Positions 9,862-20,838 are shown, counted from the first letter of the stretch. The stretch is DNA of 64,000 nucleotides from an uncultured Acetatifactor sp. (GCA_944383825.1 CALWRA010000002.1:33259-97258); one strand, 5' to 3'. Notes: generated from the letters alone by a model not told the origin. Numbers and translations are program-made.

Positions 9862-12774
9862 AAATTAGAGAAACTGTCAGGCTATGAGATAATAGAGGAG
9901 AAAAAACTGGAAGATATCAGCAGCATAGGGTATCTGTGCAGACATCGCAAGACAGGCGCAAAGGTTGTCCTGATTTCCAATGAGGATGAAAATAAGGTAT
10001 TTTATGTGGGCTTTCGCACTCCTCCAAAGGATTCCGCAGGCACGGCCCATATTCTGGAGCATTCTGTTTTGTGCGGGTCAAAGGAGTTTCCGGTAAAAGA
10101 TCCTTTTGTGGAGCTGGTGAAGGGATCGCTGAATACCTTTTTAAATGCCATGACTTATCCTGACAAAACGATTTATCCGGTGGCCAGCTGCAATGACAAG
10201 GACTTCCAAAACCTGATGCATGTTTATCTGGATGCGGTGTTTTATCCCAACATATATGAAAGGGAAGAGATTTTCAGGCAGGAGGGCTGGCACTATGAGC
10301 TTTCTGAGGAAGGAGAGCTATCCATTAACGGCGTGGTGTATAATGAAATGAAGGGAGCGTTTTCTTCGCCGGATGATGTCCTGGAAAGAGCGATGATGAG
10401 ATCCCTCTACCCGCATACTGCCTATGGGTATGAGAGCGGCGGAGATCCCCAGGATATACCGGATTTGAGTTATGAGGATTTTTTGGATTTTCACAGAAAA
10501 TATTATCATCCCTCAAACTGCTATATTTATCTCTACGGCAGCATGGATATGGCTGAAAAGCTTGCATTTATTGACCAGCACTATCTTTCCCGTTTTGAGG
10601 CCAGAGAAGTGGATTCCTCAATAGAAAAAGAGCCGGCGCCGATGTCTTCAAAGAGGGTGGTGAAGGAATATTCCTTAAACGAGGAAGAGAATGAGGAGGA
10701 CAGCGCGTATTTGTCCTGGAATGTTTCTGTGGGAAGCAGTATGGACAAGGAGCTGTATGTGGCCTTCCAGATCCTTGACTATGCCTTATGTTCCGCGCCG
10801 GGAGCTCCCCTGAAGCAGAAACTGACGGACCTGAAGGTGGGCAAGGATATTTACAGTATTTATGAAAATGGTATCCATCAGCCCTATTTCAGCGTAGTAG
10901 CCAAGAATGCCTCTCTGACCAATGAAAAGAAGTTTCTGGACACCATAAGAGAGGAACTGCAAAGGCTGGTAAAGGAGGGGATTGACAAAAAGGCTTTGCT
11001 TGCGGGTATCAACTACTATGAATTCAAGTATCGGGAGGCGGACTACGGCTCTTACCCCAAGGGACTGATGTACGGGCTGCAGATCATGGACAGCTGGCTT
11101 TATGACGAGTCTAAGCCCTTTATCCATATCGAGGCGCTGGAAACCTTTAAAAAACTTAAGGAAAAGGTATCATCCGGATATTTTGAGGCGTTATTGGATA
11201 AGTATCTTCTGCAGAATCCCCACACTTCGGTGGTGATTTTGAAGCCAAGAAAAGGACTGGCTGGGCGAATGGAGGAAGAGCTCAAAGAAAAGCTGAAGGG
11301 GGTAAGAAAGAGTCTCACAGAAAAGGAGCTTGATCAGATCAGGAAAAAGCAGGAGCTGCTGAGAGCCTTTCAGGATACGGAGGATTCCCCGGAGGATTTA
11401 AGAAAGATTCCTCTTTTGACCAGAAAAGATCTGAAAAAGGAAGCTGCTGCGCTGATTAATGAGGAGCGCCTGATAGGAGATACGAAGCTATTGTACCATC
11501 CGGTATTTACCAACGGAATAGGGTATCTCCGGTTGATTTTCACTGTGAAGGACGTTCCCGAAAAGTACTTTCCTTATATTGGAGTGTTAAAGGGGTGTCT
11601 GGGGCTTTTGAATACGGAGCATTACAAATACGGAGATCTGTTTAACGAAATGAACCTGGTTACTGGCGGTATGGCGGCGGTGAATAATGTTTATGCGTCT
11701 GTGAAGGATCCTGACGACTGCCATGTGACTCTGGAAATAAAGACCAAGGCTCTTTACGAAAATCTCGAAAAGGCTGTGGAGCTGATGGGAGAGATTCTTC
11801 TGACCAGTGACTTTACGGACGCCAAAAGGCTTTATGAGATTCTTGCAGAGGGAAAATCCCGCATGCAGGCTCAGATGATCAGTGCAGGGCATAGTGTGGC
11901 TGTGGGGCGCGCCATGTCCTATGGTAGTGTGTCGGGCGCCATAAGCGAGCTGCTTTCCGGCATTTCCTTTTATCGCTTTGTTGCAGAGCTGGAATCGGGT
12001 TTTGAGGAAAAAAAGAAGGAGCTGATCTGCGCACTTGCGGAACTGGCGCGGCTGATTTTCCGGAAGGAAAATCTGATGGTGGATTTTGTGGGAGATGAGG
12101 AGGCTGCAGAAAGGCTGAAGGAGTCCATTGAGCATTTGAAAAAACGCCTTTACGAAGGCGAAAAGAGCGGAGATGTCTGGCTGCCCCGTCCGGTGAAAAA
12201 AAACGAGGGCTTTATGACTTCCGGGCAGGTACAGTATGTATGCCGGGCGGGCAGCTTCCGCAGAAAGGGCCTTCCTTATCACGGAGCCCTGCGGGCGCTT
12301 AAGGTAATGCTGGGGTACGAATATCTGTGGATGAACGTAAGAGTGAAGGGCGGAGCCTACGGATGTATGTGCGGATTTGGCAGATCGGGAGAGAGCTATT
12401 TTGTTTCCTACAGAGATCCCAATCTGGCAAAAACGCTGGAGGTATATGAGGGGGCTGCCGCCGCCATTGCAGAGTTTTCTGCAGATGAACGGACTATGAC
12501 ACAGTATATTATCGGCGCGGTAAGTGACCTGGACACTCCAATGAATCCCGCAGCCAAAGGACTTTATTCTTTGAACGCCTATATGACGGGTCTAACCCAG
12601 GAAATGCTGCAAAGAGAGAGGGACGAGCTGCTGTCTGCTGTTCCGGAGACGATCCGCGGCTTTTCCGATTATGTAAAAGCATTTATTTCCGAAGAGCTTC
12701 TCTGCGTGGTGGGAAGCACAGGAAAAATAAGAGAGTCGCAAAATATATTTTCTTCCATTGAGAACCTTTTTTAA
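9859..12774 (+). CDS. M16C (presequence-protease/insulinase-like) zinc metallopeptidase
   Basis: HILEH inverted zincin motif, KDPF, LNAMTYPDKT, RVKGGAYG; about 970 aa. Confidence 0.93.
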   Translation: MKLEKLSGYEIIEEKKLEDISSIGYLCRHRKTGAKVVLISNEDENKVFYVGFRTPPKDSAGTAHILEHSVLCGSKEFPVKDPFVELVKGSLNTFLNAMTYPDKTIYPVASCNDKDFQNLMHVYLDAVFYPNIYEREEIFRQEGWHYELSEEGELSINGVVYNEMKGAFSSPDDVLERAMMRSLYPHTAYGYESGGDPQDIPDLSYEDFLDFHRKYYHPSNCYIYLYGSMDMAEKLAFIDQHYLSRFEAREVDSSIEKEPAPMSSKRVVKEYSLNEEENEEDSAYLSWNVSVGSSMDKELYVAFQILDYALCSAPGAPLKQKLTDLKVGKDIYSIYENGIHQPYFSVVAKNASLTNEKKFLDTIREELQRLVKEGIDKKALLAGINYYEFKYREADYGSYPKGLMYGLQIMDSWLYDESKPFIHIEALETFKKLKEKVSSGYFEALLDKYLLQNPHTSVVILKPRKGLAGRMEEELKEKLKGVRKSLTEKELDQIRKKQELLRAFQDTEDSPEDLRKIPLLTRKDLKKEAAALINEERLIGDTKLLYHPVFTNGIGYLRLIFTVKDVPEKYFPYIGVLKGCLGLLNTEHYKYGDLFNEMNLVTGGMAAVNNVYASVKDPDDCHVTLEIKTKALYENLEKAVELMGEILLTSDFTDAKRLYEILAEGKSRMQAQMISAGHSVAVGRAMSYGSVSGAISELLSGISFYRFVAELESGFEEKKKELICALAELARLIFRKENLMVDFVGDEEAAERLKESIEHLKKRLYEGEKSGDVWLPRPVKKNEGFMTSGQVQYVCRAGSFRRKGLPYHGALRALKVMLGYEYLWMNVRVKGGAYGCMCGFGRSGESYFVSYRDPNLAKTLEVYEGAAAAIAEFSADERTMTQYIIGAVSDLDTPMNPAAKGLYSLNAYMTGLTQEMLQRERDELLSAVPETIRGFSDYVKAFISEELLCVVGSTGKIRESQNIFSSIENLF

Positions 12775-12857
12775 AGAATTTCGTCTTTATGATTGAAGGC
12801 GCCAAAAAAGGCGGAAGCGAAGCACAGTGTAGGACGCTTTGAAATGGAGGGAAAAAT

Positions 12858-13853
12858 ATGAGAAAGCAGCAGAAAACAAGGACGAGAAAATTTTTGGCTT
12901 TTCTGGCAGCGGTGGCGCTGCTTACCCTGACCGGATGCGGGGCTGCCTCCGGAAACAGCGCGGCGGAAGGCGCTGTTTCCGCACAGTCTGCAGACAGCAG
13001 GTCTTCCTTTGGGAATGAAATGGCGGCGCAGGATATTTCTGTGACTGGTGAGACCATGGGTGAGGCCGGCTCAAATGCGGGCTTGGGAGATAACGGACAG
13101 ATTCAGGCGTACCAGGGAGAACGCAAGCTGATCAGAAGGGTGAACATGGATCTGGAAACCAAGGAATTTGATCAGGTAATATCCTCTCTGGAAAATGAAG
13201 TATCAGCTCTGGGGGGCTACATAGAATCAATGAATACCTATAATGGCAGCAGCTATACCTCTCACAGAGAGACCCGGTATGCGGATATGACGGTACGGGT
13301 TCCGCAGGAGCTGCTGGATGGTTTTCTGGAAACGGTTTCCGGACTCAGCAATGTTACCCGGCGTTCCGACAATGTGGAGGACGTGACGCTGGAATATGTG
13401 GATATGGAGAGCCGCAGAAATGCCCTCGTCACTGAGCAGGACAGATTGTTGGAGCTTTTGGAGCAGGCTCAGACAGTGGAAGATATTATTACCATCGAAT
13501 CCCGTCTCTCCGAAGTGAGATATGAGATTGAGAGCATGGAATCCCAGCTTCGCACCTATGATAACTTGGTGGATTACAGCACTGTATACCTGAATATCAG
13601 CGAGGTGGAGATATTTACGCCCACCCAGGAGGAGAGTATTTGGGAAAGGATTTCCGGCGGATTTATGGACAGTCTGGAAAATATCGGAAAGGGCTTTCAG
13701 GAATTTTTTGTTGGTTTTCTGATTAACCTTCCTTATTTGTTGGTAGCGGGCATCTTTGCGGCGGCTGTGATTGTGATTGTTCTAAAATGTAGCAAAAAGC
13801 AGACCGTAACCAGAGAGGGCACAAAAAAGCGAGGAACGGAGGAAAAGAAATGA
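12858..13853 (+). CDS. DUF4349-like lipoprotein
   Basis: Lipobox LTGC; RKLIR, DVT.EY.D...R, coiled coil and a C-terminal TM helix. Confidence 0.75.
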   Translation: MRKQQKTRTRKFLAFLAAVALLTLTGCGAASGNSAAEGAVSAQSADSRSSFGNEMAAQDISVTGETMGEAGSNAGLGDNGQIQAYQGERKLIRRVNMDLETKEFDQVISSLENEVSALGGYIESMNTYNGSSYTSHRETRYADMTVRVPQELLDGFLETVSGLSNVTRRSDNVEDVTLEYVDMESRRNALVTEQDRLLELLEQAQTVEDIITIESRLSEVRYEIESMESQLRTYDNLVDYSTVYLNISEVEIFTPTQEESIWERISGGFMDSLENIGKGFQEFFVGFLINLPYLLVAGIFAAAVIVIVLKCSKKQTVTREGTKKRGTEEKK

Positions 13854-14767
13854 GTGAAACTCCTGCGGCAAAATCAGGCTTTGTAACACTGATCGGCAGG
13901 CCAAACGTTGGAAAATCCACATTGATGAACAGTCTCATCGGCCAGAAGATTGCAATTACCTCCAACAAGCCACAGACCACCAGGAACAGAATTCAGACTG
14001 TGCTTACTCTGGAGGAGGGGCAGATTGTGTTTCTGGACACTCCCGGCATTCACAAAGCCAAAAATAAGCTGGGAGATTATATGGTGGGAATAGCGGAGCG
14101 CACCTTAAACGAGGTGGACGTGATTTTATGGCTGGTGGAACCCTCCTCCTTTATCGGGCCGGGAGACCGCCGTATCATTGAACGACTGAAAAAGACGGAT
14201 ACGCCGGTGATTCTGGTGATTAACAAGGTGGATACCGTAAAAAAAGAGGAGCTGATTTTGTCCATTGAAGCTTATAGAAAGGAACTGGACTTTCAGGAGA
14301 TCGTGCCCGTGTCCGCCCTGAAGGGAGACAATACCCGGGAACTGATTAAATGTATTATGAAATACCTGCCTTACGGCCCTTATTTTTATGATGAGGAAAC
14401 GGTTACGGATCAGCCGGTAAGACAGATTGCGGCGGAGCTTATCAGGGAAAAGGCTCTTCGCTTGCTCAGCGAGGAAATTCCTCACGGTATAGCGGTCAGC
14501 ATCGAAAGTATGAAAAGGCGCAGGAAAATATGGGACATTGAGGCCACTATTATCTGTGAGAAGGATTCCCATAAGAAAATCGTGATCGGCAAAGGCGGAC
14601 AGATGTTAAAAAAAATCGGCTCCACCGCCCGGGTTGAGATAGAAAAAATGCTGGAATCTCAAGTGAATCTGCAGCTTTGGGTGAAGGTAAAGAAGGACTG
14701 GAGGGATAGTGATTTCCTTCTGAAAAATTTTGGTTATCACCCAAAAGATGCACAGGGCGGCGAATAG
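13850..14767 (+). CDS. era: GTPase Era
   Basis: GRPNVGKS, DTPG, NKVD, VSA; C-terminal KH domain (EEIPH, IVIGKGG). Confidence 0.97.
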   Translation: MSETPAAKSGFVTLIGRPNVGKSTLMNSLIGQKIAITSNKPQTTRNRIQTVLTLEEGQIVFLDTPGIHKAKNKLGDYMVGIAERTLNEVDVILWLVEPSSFIGPGDRRIIERLKKTDTPVILVINKVDTVKKEELILSIEAYRKELDFQEIVPVSALKGDNTRELIKCIMKYLPYGPYFYDEETVTDQPVRQIAAELIREKALRLLSEEIPHGIAVSIESMKRRRKIWDIEATIICEKDSHKKIVIGKGGQMLKKIGSTARVEIEKMLESQVNLQLWVKVKKDWRDSDFLLKNFGYHPKDAQGGE

Positions 14768-14822
14768 AAAAAATGCAAAATGCGAACCCTAACAGTAGAA
14801 TAAGGTCAGGGGGAAGCAGAAG

Positions 14823-15005
14823 ATGCAGACATTGAATTACTGGAAGCAATTTTTAAATACCGGCAGAATTGAAGACTATTTGACCTATGTAAACAATGAT
14901 AAGCTCCAGACTGGAGAAAGCAGCGCACCGGGAGAGGGGCCTTATGCAGGAGACCATATTTGTAACAGGAATGATATTGAGACAAACGCCTATTGGAGAA
15001 TATGA
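14823..15005 (+). CDS. YqzL-like small protein
   Basis: W..F..TG.I..YL motif and the era-yqzL-recO gene order known from Firmicutes. Confidence 0.6.
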   Translation: MQTLNYWKQFLNTGRIEDYLTYVNNDKLQTGESSAPGEGPYAGDHICNRNDIETNAYWRI

Positions 15006-15594
15006 TAGGCGTATTTGTTTGCTGACAAAAGAAAAAGGAAAAATATCCGCTTTCGCCAGAGGAGCCAGAAAACCGGGGAATCGGCTGTCGGCGGCATCCA
15101 TTCCCTTTTCCTTTGGAAACTTCAGGCTGTATGCGGGGAAGAACTCTTACAATGTGATGGATGCGGAAATTCAGAATTATTTTGAAGAGCTGCGCATAGA
15201 TTTTGAGGGCGCTTATTATGGTATGTATTTTGCCGAAGTGGCGGATTACTATGCCAGGGAGAACAATGACGAACGGGAGCTGCTGAAGCTCCTTTATCAA
15301 TCTTTGAGAGCCCTTTGTGCCCCGGCGCTTCCCAATCCTTTGGTAAAATGTATTTTTGAGCTGAAGGCTATTGCGGTAAATGGGGAATACCCCGGTCCGC
15401 CCCATGACAGACCGCTCAAAGAGGCCACGCTTTATTCTCTTCACTACATAGCGTCCAGCTCTGTGGAAAAGCTTTATACCTTTTCGGTTACGGAAGAGGT
15501 TTTAGAGGAGCTTGTGTCAGTGGCGGACCAGTATAGGAAGCGTTTTATGGACAGAGAATTCAAGAGTCTTGAAATACTGAAAACTCTTTGTTGA
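14944..15594 (+). CDS. recO: DNA repair protein RecO
   Basis: GEYDRR..LLTKEKGKI.AFARGARKP; position after era. Confidence 0.92.
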   Translation: MQETIFVTGMILRQTPIGEYDRRICLLTKEKGKISAFARGARKPGNRLSAASIPFSFGNFRLYAGKNSYNVMDAEIQNYFEELRIDFEGAYYGMYFAEVADYYARENNDERELLKLLYQSLRALCAPALPNPLVKCIFELKAIAVNGEYPGPPHDRPLKEATLYSLHYIASSSVEKLYTFSVTEEVLEELVSVADQYRKRFMDREFKSLEILKTLC

Positions 15595-15619
15595 AAATGT
15601 GATTTAAGTTGGGTATAAT
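15591..15619 (+). promoter_or_regulatory. sigmaA-type promoter for lipoprotein-glyQS
   Basis: TTGAAA-N17-TATAAT. Confidence 0.75.
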
Positions 15620-15665
15620 GGAACTTGTTATTGAGAATATCTGCATGGCAAAATGAGGAGATCTT

Positions 15666-16283
15666 ATGAAAAAATGCAATCAATATTTATCCTGCATCTG
15701 TGTCTGCGCACTGCTTTTTACCGGCTGCGGACAGGTCGGAGTGCCGGATATAGTGGATGTCCCCACAATAGCTGTGGCGGATGACGGTACGGTTACTTCC
15801 TATCTTGTGGGGGTTTTCGATAAGGAGTACTATGATATTGCCGGCCTGACTGAGATGGTGATGGAGGAGACGGAAGCCTATAATGCCCGGAATCAGAGTA
15901 CGGACATACTTCCGGTAGAGGTGGAAAAGGTGGAGGCTCTTTCGGATGGCAGCGATAAGGTGGTGGTGGTCCAGAAATATGACAGCCCCGGAACCTTTTC
16001 GGACTATACCGGCGGAATTTTGTTTTACGGCACGGTGGCCCAGGCACAGGAAGAGGGGTATGATCTGGGGACGGAGCTTACGGATGCGGGAAAGGGGGAG
16101 ACCTTGAGCGCAGAGCAGCTTCTTACGGAGCAGGACAGATATATTCTGATTACGGATCAGCGAGTACAGCTTTACTGCCCGCGTAAGGTGACGCATTTGA
16201 GCGCCGGAGCGGCTTTGTCCGAGGATGGCAGTGTGGACGCTTCCCAGACAGATGGAACGGTCTATGTGCTCATGAGAAAGTAA
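15666..16283 (+). CDS. hypothetical lipoprotein
   Basis: GAGGAG RBS; lipobox FTGC; acidic beta-rich body. Confidence 0.75.
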   Translation: MKKCNQYLSCICVCALLFTGCGQVGVPDIVDVPTIAVADDGTVTSYLVGVFDKEYYDIAGLTEMVMEETEAYNARNQSTDILPVEVEKVEALSDGSDKVVVVQKYDSPGTFSDYTGGILFYGTVAQAQEEGYDLGTELTDAGKGETLSAEQLLTEQDRYILITDQRVQLYCPRKVTHLSAGAALSEDGSVDASQTDGTVYVLMRK

Positions 16284-16316
16284 ACAGTACGCCCGAGGCG
16301 TTGAATGGAGGATATT

Positions 16317-17705
16317 ATGGAGAAGACAATGGACAAAATCGTAGCGCTGGCTAAGGCGAGGGGCTTTGTATATCCCGGCTCTGAAATATATGGGGGGCTT
16401 GCCAATACCTGGGACTACGGCAATTTGGGTGTGGAGCTGAAAAATAATGTGAAAAAGGCCTGGTGGCAGAAATTCATACAGGAAAACCCTTATAATGTAG
16501 GCGTGGACTGTGCCATTTTAATGAATCCTCAGACATGGGTGGCCAGCGGGCATCTGGGCAGTTTTTCCGATCCGCTTATGGACTGTCGGGAGTGTCATGA
16601 GCGCTTCAGGGCAGACAAATTAATAGAGGACTACTGCCAGGAGGAGAAGATCGCTCTTGAGGAAAGCGTGGATGCCTGGAGCCAAGAGAAAATGAAAGAT
16701 TTTATTGAAGAGCAGAAGGTTCCCTGTCCCAGCTGCGGAAAACATAATTTTACGGATATACGCCAGTTCAACCTGATGTTCAGAACCTTCCAGGGAGTGA
16801 CGGAGGATGCAAAGAATACGGTGTACTTAAGGCCCGAAACGGCTCAGGGCATTTTTGTAAACTTTAAAAATGTTCAGAGAACCTCCCGAAAAAAGATTCC
16901 TTTCGGCATTGGTCAGATCGGAAAATCCTTTCGGAATGAGATTACTCCGGGCAATTTTACGTTTCGGACCAGAGAATTCGAGCAGATGGAGCTGGAGTTT
17001 TTCTGCGAGCCTGACTCCGATCTGGAATGGTTCCAATACTGGAGAGGCTTCTGCATCAACTGGCTGAAGAGCCTGGGCATGAAGGACGAGGAGATGAGAG
17101 TCAGGGATCATTCTCCAGAGGAGCTTTCTTTTTACAGCAAAGCCACCACAGACATTGAGTTTCTCTTCCCCTTTGGCTGGGGAGAGCTTTGGGGGATTGC
17201 GGACAGAACCGATTACGACCTGACCCAGCATGCGAATACTTCCGGGGAGGATCTGTCCTATTACGATGACGAGAGGAAGGAAAAATACATTCCTTACGTG
17301 ATTGAGCCTTCTCTGGGTGCAGATCGGGTGGTGTTGGCGTTTTTATGCGCTGCATATGATGAAGAGGAGCTGGAAGGAGGAGATATGCGCACGGTGCTCA
17401 GATTTCATCCGGCCCTTGCGCCGGTGAAAATCGGCGTGCTGCCCCTGAGCAAAAAGCTGAATGAGGGGGCGGAAAAAATATATACGGAGCTTTCCAAAAA
17501 GTACAATTGCGAATTTGACGACAGAGGCAACATCGGGAAGAGATACCGCCGTCAGGACGAGATTGGAACGCCTTTCTGTGTTACCTATGATTTTGATTCC
17601 GAGACAGATGGGATGGTCACCGTCCGCTTCCGTGACTCCATGGAACAGGAGAGAGTGGCTATTTCCGGGCTGGACGCTTATTTCGCGGATAAATTTGCAT
17701 TTTAG
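16317..17705 (+). CDS. glyQS: glycine--tRNA ligase (alpha2 type)
   Basis: [46 protein letters not shown]. Confidence 0.97.
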   Translation: MEKTMDKIVALAKARGFVYPGSEIYGGLANTWDYGNLGVELKNNVKKAWWQKFIQENPYNVGVDCAILMNPQTWVASGHLGSFSDPLMDCRECHERFRADKLIEDYCQEEKIALEESVDAWSQEKMKDFIEEQKVPCPSCGKHNFTDIRQFNLMFRTFQGVTEDAKNTVYLRPETAQGIFVNFKNVQRTSRKKIPFGIGQIGKSFRNEITPGNFTFRTREFEQMELEFFCEPDSDLEWFQYWRGFCINWLKSLGMKDEEMRVRDHSPEELSFYSKATTDIEFLFPFGWGELWGIADRTDYDLTQHANTSGEDLSYYDDERKEKYIPYVIEPSLGADRVVLAFLCAAYDEEELEGGDMRTVLRFHPALAPVKIGVLPLSKKLNEGAEKIYTELSKKYNCEFDDRGNIGKRYRRQDEIGTPFCVTYDFDSETDGMVTVRFRDSMEQERVAISGLDAYFADKFAF

Positions 17706-17728
17706 CCGGTGGGAAAGGGTTATGCGGG

Positions 17729-17757
17729 GAGCAGAATCTGGATTCTGCTCTTCTTTG
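17729..17757 (+). terminator. intrinsic terminator after glyQS
   Basis: GAGCAGAATC-TG-GATTCTGCTC followed by TTCTTTG. Confidence 0.75.
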
Positions 17758-17814
17758 TATATGGGCGGAGACTGCGGAAAGTAGTGGGAATCGGCAGACA
17801 GGGAGATTGACATT

Positions 17815-20800
17815 ATGGAATTACTGGAAGTTTTTCAGGTGCTGGGAATCGAACAGACCCGGGATGAGCGTGCCATTAAAACTGCATACAGAGAAAAGCT
17901 GTCGGAGACAAATCCGGAAGAAAACCCGGAAGGGTTTAAAAGATTAAGACGTGCCTATGAGCTGGCCTGCGAGTATGCCAAAAAGAGGGAACAGGAGGAT
18001 ACCGGCGGGGAGAGAGATGAAACTCCTTCAGGCTTGTGGGTGGAAAAGGCCGCAGGAATTTATGGGAACATTAATACCAGACAAATGGAGGAGGCGTGGA
18101 AGGAGCTTTTTGCAGAAGATGTCTTTATGTCTCTTGAGGAAGAAGAAAACTGCAGGCAAAAGCTGTTATATTTCCTGATGGATCATTTCAGACTGCCCAC
18201 TCATATCTGGAAGCTCTTTGACAAAAAGCTGGATATCATAAGTGGAGCCGGAAAATTAAGGGAACACTTTCCGGCTGATTTTGTCCGCTATATTGTCAGC
18301 AAATGCGAGAGGGGAGAGGATGTGGAGTTTTCTCAGTTTGAGGGAGAGCCCGATGCTCCCTATGATCTTTTTCTGCAGTATTATGACAGATGCTGGCAGG
18401 CCATACAGGAGGGAGATCTGAGCCAGGCCGAGGAATACATAAAAAATGCCGACGAATTGAAAATATCTCATCCTGTTATGGAAATATGCCGGGCGAATCT
18501 GTCTGTTAAACAGGGAAATCCCAAGGAAGCTATAAAAAATCTGGAAGCGCTCAAGGGACGTTATCCCGGGGACGCCATGATCTGCTACAACACAGCTGAA
18601 CTTATGTGGAAGAACGGACAAAAAGAAAGGGCGGCTTCCATCTATGAAGAATTAAGGACAGAAAACGCTTCTCATTATATGGCAAATGTGCGGCTGAGCC
18701 AATGGTATTATGAACAGGAGCGCTTCAGGGAGGCCAAGAAGTGTGCGGAAACGGTGCTGGCTTCCGGAGCTGACGAGAGCTTTATGATGCTTCTCTCTCA
18801 GATCAACCGCGAGATAGAAAAAGATCTGGAGAGAAATTACGAAGGCACAGGGGAGAAGGCGTGGGAGGCTGGACTGGAGCTTGGCTGGTGCTATCTGCAG
18901 GATGGCAGGATGTCTGCGGGAATACGTCTGGCGAAGGAGCTGGAGGGAAGAATTCCCCTGGAAAGGGAGGCGGAACGCAAAGGGCTTTTGACCAAGCTTC
19001 TGGTTGAGGAGGCAGAATACGAGGAAGCCATCGAGATGTCAAGACTTTGGCAGAATGCTTTGGAACAAAAAATGGAAGAAAATGAAAGCGACGAAGAGAA
19101 AGAAAAGAATCAGGATCGCATACGTCAGGCACATTTGATTCGGATGCAAAGCTACAGAAATCTGGGCTATCGGGATAAGGATAAGCTGCCTCTTGCAGTG
19201 GCAGAAGCGGAATGCGTCAAAACCGGTACGGCCAGAGACATCGGTTTGCTTTTGGAGATGGCTCAGATATATATGGAGATGGAGGAGTATGAAAAAAGTC
19301 TGGAGCTTGTGAGCAGACTGGTTGAGGATTATCAGGTTTATGCGGTTTACGCTACAGCTCTTGAGGTATACAGGAGGCAGTGGAATGCAGCGGGAGTCAT
19401 TCAGACGGGACGGCAGTGTATTCATTATTTTCCAGGCTATGTGCGTTCTTATGAGCATATGGCAAAGGTGTATCTTGATTTAAAAAATGATCAAGAGCTG
19501 AAAAATCTTCTGGAGGAGGCAGGAAAAAACGGTATCAAAAGTGTGATTCTGGACGCTTACCGGTATCAGATGGAGAGAAGAGAGGAGATTCCCAGCGGGG
19601 AGGAGCTGGACGGAATGCTGAGCGCCTTTCGCAGACAGTATGCGTCAAAGGTTTCTCAGGGCAGCAGGGAGCTGTATGAGAAAGGCCTGCCTATCCTGAC
19701 TACTTATCTTTACTGGTTCCCGGGAACATTTATGCTGGTGGAAAGAGGACTTTTTCACAGGGCGGCCCATCATTATGAGGAGGCAAGGGAGGATTTTGAA
19801 AAGGCCCTTGCGGAGAATCCGGCTCAGCCATATGCTTTGAACGGACTTAGCTTTGTGTATAAGTATTTGGGCAATTATGAAAAGGCATTGTTTTACATAA
19901 AAAAGGCAATCCTGTATAAGGATAAAGAAATCTCACCGGTTATCTACGGGGATATGGGAAACTTGTATCTTCTTCTGGGGGATTATGACAATGCGGCGCA
20001 GGCTTACAGGGAGTACGTAAGTCTGGCGGGAAAAGGCGCTTACCAAATGGAAATGCTTGCGGAATGCCTTGCAAAAGCGGGAAAGGCGCAGGAAGCTACA
20101 GAGGTGTTAAGGGAGGCGTATCCTGCTGAGAAGGACACAATTATTTTGCAGGACAAAATGATTGCTCTTTATCAGGGGGTTGGGCTTGGACAAGGGGCGC
20201 AGGAGCTTTTGGAGCAGTGGGAAAAGCAACTGAAGGAGACGGTTCCCGGCTGGAAGCTGAATTTTTTCGGAAAGCTGCCCAGAGAAAAGGCGACGGAAGC
20301 ATATAAAAAATTTTACTGCAGAAAGGCATGGCAGGAGCTGATGTTCGGAAGCGGCCAGAGGGCGATGAAATGGTTTGACAGATATGTAGCGGCCTCGGAG
20401 CGCAGGGCGTCGGAGCAAAAGAATCATAAGTACGAGGGAGCTTTATGTGACGCTGTTTTCGGCGCAATCTGCTGCGGCGATGAAAAGAGGGGAAAAAAAT
20501 ATGCGGAGAAGTTGAAGAGATGGCTGCTGAAAGAGAAGCAGTCAGACTCAGGGGAATACTACAACAGGGAAAAGGCGCATCTGCAGATTGTTTTTCTGGC
20601 GGCCTATTATACGGAATCCATGGAAACATTGGGAGAAATTCTGGATAAGGAAAAGGAGCTGGAAAACTGTCATTTCTGTACGCACTGCATCTGCAAGGAA
20701 CTGGAGGGAGTAAAAATCCTTTACTTGCTTCGGGCGGGAAAAAGGCAGGAAGCCATGGACAGGCTTGAGAGGAACGAAAAAAAGCTTCCTCAGGATGAGT

Positions 20801-20832
20801 ACATGATAGCCATAAGACATATGAAGGGGTAA
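17815..20832 (+). CDS. J-domain (DjlB/DjlC-like) protein with TPR-like repeats, 1005 aa
   Basis: N-terminal VLGI....D..AIK.AYR......NPEENPEGFKRLRRAYE; repeated helical TPR signatures (e.g. YALNGLSFVYKYLGNYEKAL). Confidence 0.8.
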   Translation: MELLEVFQVLGIEQTRDERAIKTAYREKLSETNPEENPEGFKRLRRAYELACEYAKKREQEDTGGERDETPSGLWVEKAAGIYGNINTRQMEEAWKELFAEDVFMSLEEEENCRQKLLYFLMDHFRLPTHIWKLFDKKLDIISGAGKLREHFPADFVRYIVSKCERGEDVEFSQFEGEPDAPYDLFLQYYDRCWQAIQEGDLSQAEEYIKNADELKISHPVMEICRANLSVKQGNPKEAIKNLEALKGRYPGDAMICYNTAELMWKNGQKERAASIYEELRTENASHYMANVRLSQWYYEQERFREAKKCAETVLASGADESFMMLLSQINREIEKDLERNYEGTGEKAWEAGLELGWCYLQDGRMSAGIRLAKELEGRIPLEREAERKGLLTKLLVEEAEYEEAIEMSRLWQNALEQKMEENESDEEKEKNQDRIRQAHLIRMQSYRNLGYRDKDKLPLAVAEAECVKTGTARDIGLLLEMAQIYMEMEEYEKSLELVSRLVEDYQVYAVYATALEVYRRQWNAAGVIQTGRQCIHYFPGYVRSYEHMAKVYLDLKNDQELKNLLEEAGKNGIKSVILDAYRYQMERREEIPSGEELDGMLSAFRRQYASKVSQGSRELYEKGLPILTTYLYWFPGTFMLVERGLFHRAAHHYEEAREDFEKALAENPAQPYALNGLSFVYKYLGNYEKALFYIKKAILYKDKEISPVIYGDMGNLYLLLGDYDNAAQAYREYVSLAGKGAYQMEMLAECLAKAGKAQEATEVLREAYPAEKDTIILQDKMIALYQGVGLGQGAQELLEQWEKQLKETVPGWKLNFFGKLPREKATEAYKKFYCRKAWQELMFGSGQRAMKWFDRYVAASERRASEQKNHKYEGALCDAVFGAICCGDEKRGKKYAEKLKRWLLKEKQSDSGEYYNREKAHLQIVFLAAYYTESMETLGEILDKEKELENCHFCTHCICKELEGVKILYLLRAGKRQEAMDRLERNEKKLPQDEYMIAIRHMKG

Positions 20833-20838
20833 TCTGAT

